Source of the DNA: Actinomycetota bacterium
GTDB taxonomy: Bacteria; Actinomycetota; Acidimicrobiia; Acidimicrobiales; SZUA-35
Assembly: GCA_039201605.1 (NCBI GenBank)
Contig: JBCCRO010000030.1
Span: 1,686-65,685, forward strand
Length of the DNA stretch: 64,000 nt
Direction: 5' to 3'
How positions within the stretch are numbered: position 1 is the first letter of the stretch; every line of letters starts with the position of its first letter. This document shows, piece by piece, positions 57,734 to 64,000 of this stretch. The translations under genes were made by a program, and so were the position numbers. The notes beneath the pieces are model-generated. The model saw only the letters and a list, made by a program, of their open reading frames with translations. It was not told where the DNA came from and ran no database searches.

Positions 57734-60700
57734 CTATGGATCCGTTCTGAACAAGTTTGGGGTCGGTCGCGCCGGGGGGAAGGCGCGCCAGCCGTCGGCC
57801 GTGCCGACCAGGCCGAGGCGGCGACCGATGTCGTCGGCCTCGGCATCGTCGAGCTCGGCGGCGTTATGGCGACCGGCTCCCGACGCCGCCGTCGCCCGGT
57901 CGAGCAGGCAGAGCAGCAGCTCGTGGTCGAGCTTCTCCACCCGGGCCTGGTCGATCGCCTCCTCCAGCTCCTCATCGGCCTCGACGGTGACACCGGCGGC
58001 CCGGAGGCCGGCGGCCAGCAACCGTCGGGTCGGCACCTCCACCGTGGCCCCACCGCCGTCGGTCGCGTTGCGGGCCAGGAGCTCGCGGGCCGCCGCCACC
58101 GTGTCCGGTCCGGGGGCGGCGACCTCGAGGAGGAACAGATCGGCGTGGGCCACGAACGCGGTCGAGCTCATGGCCACGAAGTCGGCCCGGGCCGCCTCCA
58201 GCAGCTCCCGGGCCTCGTCGGCCCGACCCTGCCTGCCGGCCAGGCGGCCGAGGTTCATCCGGGTCACGTGCACCGCCATCTCGTAGCCGGCGGCCCTCGC
58301 CTTGCGGTTGGCGTCGGTGAGCAGCTCCCGGGCCTCGTGGTGGTGGCCCTGGTTGGAGCGGATCTCCCCCAGGTTGTTGAGCGACGAGACCACGCCGCTG
58401 ATATCACCGGCGGATGCCCGCAGCCGGTGTGATCGCTCGTGGAGTCTGGCCGCCCGATCCCACTCCCCGGCGTAGTAGGCGGCGATGCCGAGGTTGTTGT
58501 ACAGGCCCGACTTGAGCACGGCATCCTCGATGGCGTCGACCAGTTGCTCGGCCTGTTCGGCGTGGTGAGCGGCCTCGGCCCGGCCCTGGTACGTGCCCGC
58601 CAGCTGGAGGACGTAGTGGGCCCGGAAGCGGGCGGCCACGGGGGCCGTGGTGTCGCCCGCCACCGCGGTGGCCGTCTCCCAGCAGTCGTCGTAGCGGCCC
58701 TGGCGGAAGCGGATGCCTGCGATGGCCACCGCCAGCTCGGCCGGCTCGTCGGGGAAGCCGTGGTCGAGCTCGGCGGCGGCGGCCAACCCCCGTCGGTACC
58801 AGCGCACCGCCTGGTCATAGCGGCCCTGTCGTTCCTGGAGTTGGCCCTGCTTGCGGAACAGGGGCAGCCGCTCGTGGTCGCCCGCCGCCAGCAGCGACCG
58901 AGCCGACCGGTAGGCGTCGGTGGCCGTCTCGTAGCGACCGGCCCGCTCGGCGGCGTCACCCAGCTTGGTGGCGACGTGGCTGCGCTGGCGTCGGGTCACG
59001 TCCTTGGGGTGTCGACCGGCGGCCAGAGCCCGCTGGTAGGCCTCGATCGCCTCCACCGGCGACGACAGGGCGACGGCCCGATCGCCGGCCCGGACCGAGT
59101 ACGACCAGGCCCGTCGGTGGGCTCCGGCCTCGCTGAAGTGGCGTGACAGCACGTCGGCCACCTCGTCGATGCGGGCTCCGACCGACGCCTCCAGATGCTC
59201 TCCCACCCGCCGGTGCAGCACCCGACGGCGGGCGAAGGGCAGGCCCTCGTAGGCGGCGTCGCGGTACAGCGTCTGGGTGAACCGCCACCGGCCCGGCCCC
59301 GACGGCTCGATCAGCCCGGCCAACGACTCGTCGTCGAGCCCGACCTCGGCCCGCGAGCCGAGCAGGACGTCGAGCGTCTTGGCCGGGAACGACACCCCGA
59401 TCACGGCGGCGAGGCGGATCGCCCGACGGGCGGCGGGCGGCAGATCGTCGATCCGGGTGGCCAGCAGCCTCTCCACCGAGTCGGGCACGGCGCCGCCCGC
59501 GGTGCCGACGGCCCGGGTCAGCTCCAGGGCGAACAGCGGGTTGCCGGCGGCTCGCTCGATGATCACCGCCAGGTCGTCGTCGGACAGGGGTCGCTCCGAC
59601 GACTCGATCGCCAGTCGGCGGACGTCGGCGTCGTCGAGGGGTGTCAGCGCGATGCGCTCCAGGTGCTCGCCGTCGAGGGAGGGGCCCTCGGTCTTGGCCC
59701 GGCGGCTGACGATGACGGTCCACGGTCGATCGAGGGCGGTCCGGGCCAGGTGCTCGACCAGCTCCCGGGAGCCGTCGTCCACCCACTGGGCGTCCTCGAC
59801 CACCAGCACCGCGTCCCCGGCGAGGGCCCCGTCGATCAGATCGACGACGGCGTCGTGGATCCGGGCCCGACGGAACTCCTCGCTGATGGCGGCCGCCTCG
59901 GGGGTGGCGGGCACGTCGGCCCCGATGGCCACCGCCAACAGGGGGACCATGGGTGCCAGCGACGGGCAGCGCTCGTCGACGATCTTGGCCAGGATCTCGC
60001 CGGTGTGGAGCGGACCGGCCAGCGCGTCGAGCCCGAGCCCGGTCCGCAGCATGGTGCGGGCGGCGCCGTAGGGCGTGGTGCGACCGAACTGCGAGGCCGT
60101 ACCCCGCAACAGGTGGAAGGCCTGAGACGCCGCCGCCCGTTCGACCGCCTCGGCGATGAGCCGGGTCTTGCCCGACCCGGCCGGACCGACCAGGTCGACC
60201 ACCCGACCGCCGAGATCGATGGCGTGCTGAAGACGGTCGCAGTCCTCGTTCCGGCCGTGCAGCCGCCCCTCGGCGAGCTGCAGCCGGGCGGCGTGCTCGA
60301 AGCCGAGCACCCGATGGGCGGTGATCGGCTCGCGCTTGCCCTTGACCCGGAGCGGGTCCAGGCGTTCGGAGAGGTAGGTGTCGCGGGCGTCGGCCAGCAC
60401 GTCGGCCACCGCCACCACCTCCCGATCCTCTGCCGGCCCGAGCATCCGGGCCGCGGTGTTGACCACGTCGCCCATCAATGTGTACGTCCGCCGGTAGGTG
60501 CTCCCGAGAAACCCGGCGAAGGCCCGACCGGTCTGGACGCCCTGGTAAAGGGTGAACGGACCGGGGAGGGCGGCCAGGTCGAGGGCGGCCCGGAGCATGG
60601 CGTCGCTGGTGTTGCCCACGTTGCGGGGTGCGCCGGCGCACAGCACCACCTTGAACCCGTCGGGGGCGATGTCGGTGTGGAGGGCGGCCACGTCGTAGCG

Positions 60701-61534
60701 GTCGACGACGGCCTCGATGCCGTCGATCAACCGGGCCAGCTCGGCCGCCGCCACCGCCGGGCCCCGCGCCGCCCGCAGCTCCCCGATACCGCCGACGAGG
60801 AGGAAACCGACGGTGACCAACCGATGCTCGCCCCCGAGGTCGGCGAAGGCGTCGAGCTGATCGACGACGGCGGTGGGGACGAAGTCGCTCAGCGAGCTGT
60901 CGGCGGGGACCCGGCGGTCGGGGGCGGCGGTGGGGGCGAGGGTCGGGGCGCCCCGGAGGACGCGACCCCCGGCGCTACGGTCGCCGACCAGGGCCGGGTC
61001 CACGCAGGCGGCGATCGTCGCCGAGGCCAACGTCTGACCCTTGGACGCCGCGCTCTCCAGCTCGATCACCCGGCCTGCCTTCTCGCCGATGATCAGCAGC
61101 TCCCGGTGGCCGCCACCGACGAGATAGCAGTCGAAGGGGCCGTCGCCCACCCCCACCGTCATGGTCAGCCGCGCCCGGCGGGCCGCCCCCGAGGTGGCGA
61201 GGGCCTGCTGCATGGCCAGGCCGGCGTTCGCCGCCCGCCGCTCGTGATCGTCGCCCCGGAACAGCACGAGCAGGGCGTCGCCCCCGAACGTGATCACCTC
61301 GCCGCCGTAGCCGTAGGCGGCGCCGATGAGGGCCTCGAAGCAGGTGTTGATGAGGACGGTGATCTCCTCGGCTCCGGCCTTGCCCTTCCCGGCCAGACGC
61401 TCGGACAGGGCGGTGAAGCCGGAGATGTCGGCCGACAGCATCGACCCGTCGATGGCCTGCCAGTGGGAGCCGGGCTCCATCGACCGCTCGACGGTGATCC
61501 GGGGAACGAAGGGCGCCAGTCGCGCGGCGTTCAT
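57734..61534 (-). CDS. tandem class III adenylate/guanylate cyclase domains + AAA/STAND-like NTPase + TPR array, 1266 aa
   Basis: Trimmed to ATG 61532-61534. LSADISGFTALSERL...FGGDALLVLF (cyclase 1), MGDVVNTAARM (cyclase 2), LVGPAGSGKTRLI Walker A, and C-terminal TPR-like repeats (..YQRAL..,..YRSA..,..YNNLG..). No C-terminal LuxR HTH. Confidence 0.85.
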   Translation of the reverse strand: MNAARLAPFVPRITVERSMEPGSHWQAIDGSMLSADISGFTALSERLAGKGKAGAEEITVLINTCFEALIGAAYGYGGEVITFGGDALLVLFRGDDHERRAANAGLAMQQALATSGAARRARLTMTVGVGDGPFDCYLVGGGHRELLIIGEKAGRVIELESAASKGQTLASATIAACVDPALVGDRSAGGRVLRGAPTLAPTAAPDRRVPADSSLSDFVPTAVVDQLDAFADLGGEHRLVTVGFLLVGGIGELRAARGPAVAAAELARLIDGIEAVVDRYDVAALHTDIAPDGFKVVLCAGAPRNVGNTSDAMLRAALDLAALPGPFTLYQGVQTGRAFAGFLGSTYRRTYTLMGDVVNTAARMLGPAEDREVVAVADVLADARDTYLSERLDPLRVKGKREPITAHRVLGFEHAARLQLAEGRLHGRNEDCDRLQHAIDLGGRVVDLVGPAGSGKTRLIAEAVERAAASQAFHLLRGTASQFGRTTPYGAARTMLRTGLGLDALAGPLHTGEILAKIVDERCPSLAPMVPLLAVAIGADVPATPEAAAISEEFRRARIHDAVVDLIDGALAGDAVLVVEDAQWVDDGSRELVEHLARTALDRPWTVIVSRRAKTEGPSLDGEHLERIALTPLDDADVRRLAIESSERPLSDDDLAVIIERAAGNPLFALELTRAVGTAGGAVPDSVERLLATRIDDLPPAARRAIRLAAVIGVSFPAKTLDVLLGSRAEVGLDDESLAGLIEPSGPGRWRFTQTLYRDAAYEGLPFARRRVLHRRVGEHLEASVGARIDEVADVLSRHFSEAGAHRRAWSYSVRAGDRAVALSSPVEAIEAYQRALAAGRHPKDVTRRQRSHVATKLGDAAERAGRYETATDAYRSARSLLAAGDHERLPLFRKQGQLQERQGRYDQAVRWYRRGLAAAAELDHGFPDEPAELAVAIAGIRFRQGRYDDCWETATAVAGDTTAPVAARFRAHYVLQLAGTYQGRAEAAHHAEQAEQLVDAIEDAVLKSGLYNNLGIAAYYAGEWDRAARLHERSHRLRASAGDISGVVSSLNNLGEIRSNQGHHHEARELLTDANRKARAAGYEMAVHVTRMNLGRLAGRQGRADEARELLEAARADFVAMSSTAFVAHADLFLLEVAAPGPDTVAAARELLARNATDGGGATVEVPTRRLLAAGLRAAGVTVEADEELEEAIDQARVEKLDHELLLCLLDRATAASGAGRHNAAELDDAEADDIGRRLGLVGTADGWRAFPPARPTPNLFRTDP

Positions 61535-61698
61535 GCGGTCCACCCCCCGGATGTATCGATCGTCGGTCGAAGCCGTCGCTGGGCATACCGTAGCGGTCGG
61601 CCGCGAGCCGTCGAGCCGGTTGGGTGTCCCAGCCTGTCGCCGTGGCGGGGGCTTCCGGCCCTTCGGGATGCAGCGAGGATGGTGGATGACCGACACCC

Positions 61699-62571
61699 GT
61701 GACGTCGGAGGATGGGACCGGTCGATGGCTCGGGGCGGCGGTGAGCGTCATGGCGATCGGCTTCGTCGCCGTCCTCCTCGCCGGCGCCATCGGCAGTCTG
61801 GCCCCCGACACCGTGGTGGCGGTGGCCGACCCGTTCGTGTGCGACGGGGAGCTGGTGCGTTCCTCGGTCGCCGGCCCGTCGGGGCAGGGTGGCGAGGCGA
61901 TCAGCAACGACGTCCGGTGCGTGGCCGATGACGGCACCGCCCGGGGGATGACGGCCCGGGTGTACCTCACCGCCGGCCTGGTCTACGCCGCGGCGCTGGG
62001 GGCGATGGTGGCGGCGGCGATGGCGCTGCGGCGGGTGCGCCGCCGTCGGCCCGTCACCGAGCGCGCCCGGATCGACCGGTCGGCCCGGATAGGCGTGCGG
62101 CTGGTGACAGCGGTGATCGCCGCACCTCTGCTCGTGACCGGCCTGACGGCGGATCCGTTGTCCGTCGGCCGCCTGTGGTCGGCGGCGTTCGTGGTGTGGC
62201 TCGGGGCGATCCTCGTCGTCGACCATCCGGTCGACGACCAGGTCGACGAGGTCGACGCCGCCGCCCTGCGCCGTCGGGCGCTGCGCCGCCTTCCCGGTTC
62301 GGCCTTCTTTCGGATCGCCCCCGGTGCGATGACCCTCTGGTACGCCCGGGCCGACCTCGTCGACGGCGACCCGACCCGCGGTCCCCTCACGGTCGTCGGC
62401 GCCGTGTTGACCGTGCTGGGTGTCCTCGGCATGGTGAGCATCATCCGCACGCTGCTCGATCCCGAGCGGCAGCTCCGGCGACGGCGCCGCTTGCCGGCCG
62501 ATGCCGAGGCCCACCGGGAGCGGCGCGACCGGCTCCGTCGCCACCGCGGCGCCGGCTTCCGGAGCCGCTGA
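61699..62571 (+). CDS. hypothetical polytopic membrane protein; start uncertain (GTG 61699 or ATG 61750)
   Basis: Hydrophobic helices (VMAIGFVAVLLAGAIG, LTAGLVYAAALGAMVAAAMAL, LVTAVIAAPLLVTGL, LWSAAFVVWLGAILVV, VVGAVLTVLGVLGMVSII). Arg-rich C-terminus. High GC3. Confidence 0.55.
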   Translation: MTSEDGTGRWLGAAVSVMAIGFVAVLLAGAIGSLAPDTVVAVADPFVCDGELVRSSVAGPSGQGGEAISNDVRCVADDGTARGMTARVYLTAGLVYAAALGAMVAAAMALRRVRRRRPVTERARIDRSARIGVRLVTAVIAAPLLVTGLTADPLSVGRLWSAAFVVWLGAILVVDHPVDDQVDEVDAAALRRRALRRLPGSAFFRIAPGAMTLWYARADLVDGDPTRGPLTVVGAVLTVLGVLGMVSIIRTLLDPERQLRRRRRLPADAEAHRERRDRLRRHRGAGFRSR

Positions 62572-62683
62572 CCGTCGGTGCCTCCTGCCGCTGACCCGAT
62601 CGGTGGTCGCCGACGGGCCGGCCGCCGGCCGCGGGTCGGGTCGCCTTTCAGGCGTTCGAGGGCGCGGTGCTAGCTTGAGCGAC

Positions 62684-63913
62684 ATGGTCGCACCACTGGA
62701 CGGGATCCGGGTCGTCGAGTTCGCCAACTTCGCCGCCGCACCGACCGCGGTGGCCATCATGGCCGACCTCGGCGCCGAGGTGACCAAGGTCGAGACCGTC
62801 GGCGGCGACCCCATCCGCGGTCTGATGCGGCAGGCCAAGGTGCCGGACGACGCCCCCAACCCCGACCACCCGTTCCAGTTCATCAACCGGGGCAAGCAGT
62901 CGATCGAACTCGACCTGGGGCAGCCCCAGGGGGTGGAGGTGGCCCACCGGCTGGCCGCCGAATCGGATGTGGTCGTGTTGAACATGCTGCGGGATCGCCG
63001 CCGCCGGTTCGGGATCGACATCGACGATCTGCACGCCGTCAAACCCGACCTGGTGATCGGGCTGCTGTCGGGCTACGGCGAGCGGGGCGAGGAGATCAAT
63101 CGCCCCGGCTACGACGTGACCGCCTTCTTCGCCCGGTCCGGTCTGATGAGCGGGATGACCATGGACGGTCAGGTGCCCCCCACGCCCCGTCCCGGCCAGG
63201 GTGACCACACCGCCTCGCTGGCCTTCTTCGGGGCGCTGATGACCGGGCTCCGGGCCCGAGACGTCAGCGGCGAGGGGCAGGTGGTGGAGGCGTCGCTCCT
63301 GCGGTCGGCCGCCTTCACCCTCGGGCTCGACCTGGGCATCGCCGTCGTCGACGGGCGGGGGACCCGCGACAAGCCCCGGGAGGAGGGCCTGTCGGTCATG
63401 CTCCAGCCCTACGAGTGCGCCGACGGCCGGTGGCTGCAGTTCACCATGCCCGGTGGCGGTCGTGACGCCTGGGCCCGCTTCTGCACCGCCCTCGAACGTC
63501 AGGACCTCATCGAGGACCCGCGGTTCACCAGCGGGACACTCCGCTACCGCAACATGGCCGAGCTCGTGCCCGAGATCGCCGACGCGGTGAAGCAGCGCTC
63601 GCTGGCGGAGTGGGGGCCGCTGCTCGACGCCCAACGCTGCATCTGGGCCCCGGTCAACAGCGCCGCCGACGCCGCCGTCGACCCCCAGGTCCGGGCGGCC
63701 GGGGTGTTCGAGGAGATCCACCATCCCGACGCCGGCACCTTCGACACGGTGGCCGCCCCCTTCCGCCTCATCGGCAACGACGACATCGGCGTCCGGGGCC
63801 CCGCCCCCGAGGTGGGTGAGCACTCCGAGCAGGTGCTGCGCCGTCTCGGCTACGGCGACGACGAGATCGCGGACTTGGCCCGCTCCGGCGTCGTCCCCTC
63901 GGCCGAGGGCTGA
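62684..63913 (+). CDS. family III CoA-transferase (CaiB/BaiF)
   Basis: Trimmed to ATG 62684. PLDGIRVVEFANFAAAPTAVAIMADLGAEVTKVE and ..GYDVTAFFARSG.. are typical of the family. Confidence 0.9.
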   Translation: MVAPLDGIRVVEFANFAAAPTAVAIMADLGAEVTKVETVGGDPIRGLMRQAKVPDDAPNPDHPFQFINRGKQSIELDLGQPQGVEVAHRLAAESDVVVLNMLRDRRRRFGIDIDDLHAVKPDLVIGLLSGYGERGEEINRPGYDVTAFFARSGLMSGMTMDGQVPPTPRPGQGDHTASLAFFGALMTGLRARDVSGEGQVVEASLLRSAAFTLGLDLGIAVVDGRGTRDKPREEGLSVMLQPYECADGRWLQFTMPGGGRDAWARFCTALERQDLIEDPRFTSGTLRYRNMAELVPEIADAVKQRSLAEWGPLLDAQRCIWAPVNSAADAAVDPQVRAAGVFEEIHHPDAGTFDTVAAPFRLIGNDDIGVRGPAPEVGEHSEQVLRRLGYGDDEIADLARSGVVPSAEG

Positions 63914-63960
63914 CGCCGCCGTCGAGGTGGGCCGGGCCGACGCCCGGCGGGGCGTCGGTT

Positions 63961-64000
63961 CAGTGCACCCGGGCCAGGAACGCCTCGAGGGTGGCGAAGA
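63961..64000 (-). CDS. 3' end (13 codons) of a gene continuing past the window end
   Basis: The reverse complement reads ..FATLEAFLARVH-TGA with high GC3. Too short to identify. Confidence 0.25.

Overview
Very GC-rich segment with strong GC3 bias, so the six-frame track is full of long spurious antisense or off-frame ORFs. The gene content looks like an Actinomycetota chromosome: PIG-L deacetylase, DivIVA-domain protein, XRE/DUF5753+DUF397 pair, Hanks kinase, LAL-type LuxR, and cyclase-AAA-TPR giants. I call about 55 protein genes. By eye I found no rRNA, tRNA, CRISPR array, transposase or integrase. All coordinates and start codons were worked out by hand; stops are solid, but many starts are GTG/TTG and less certain.

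Main blocks:
(1) 1-6416(-): a tightly coupled Rhs/YD polymorphic-toxin operon flanked by lipoproteins, with a divergent AAA-LuxR regulator.
(2) 9.2-14.4 kb: housekeeping-type genes (PIG-L, acyl-CoA dehydrogenase, HtrA-like protease, hydrolase, Pro-rich repeat protein).
(3) 14.4-17.2 kb: a visibly lower-GC islet with an ECF-like sigma factor and an XRE/DUF5753 + DUF397 pair.
(4) DivIVA-domain protein, and amt without glnK.
(5) 20.4-31.7 kb: orphan TRAP binding protein, CapA, and a complete protocatechuate 4,5-cleavage cluster (pobA, ligABC, ligI, ligU, ligJ, ligK). It has a GntR/FCD regulator, and a TTGT-N2-ACAA operator recurs at three promoters.
(6) NhaP-type antiporter and a Rieske::TPP-enzyme fusion.
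(7) 36.5-41.5 kb: a Nudix-wHTH (NrtR-like) regulator divergent from SPFH + NAD-kinase-like + polytopic beta-propeller genes, with two palindromes in the spacer.
(8) HAD hydrolase, FG-GAP lipoprotein, an internally deleted rtcB relic, and a hydrolase.
(9) liv-type ABC transporter (G-F-H-M-binding protein).
(10) 51-61.5 kb, all on the minus strand: acyl-CoA ligase, Hsp70-like protein with a TIR-like C-terminal domain, duplicated-PPC lipoprotein, Ser/Thr kinase, and a cyclase-AAA-TPR protein.
(11) A membrane protein and a CoA-transferase.

The best candidates for something undescribed are the kinase/PPC/Hsp70::TIR-like cassette, the NrtR-SPFH-NADK-like module, the non-canonical Rhs operon and the Rieske::TPP fusion. 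None can be proven from sequence alone.
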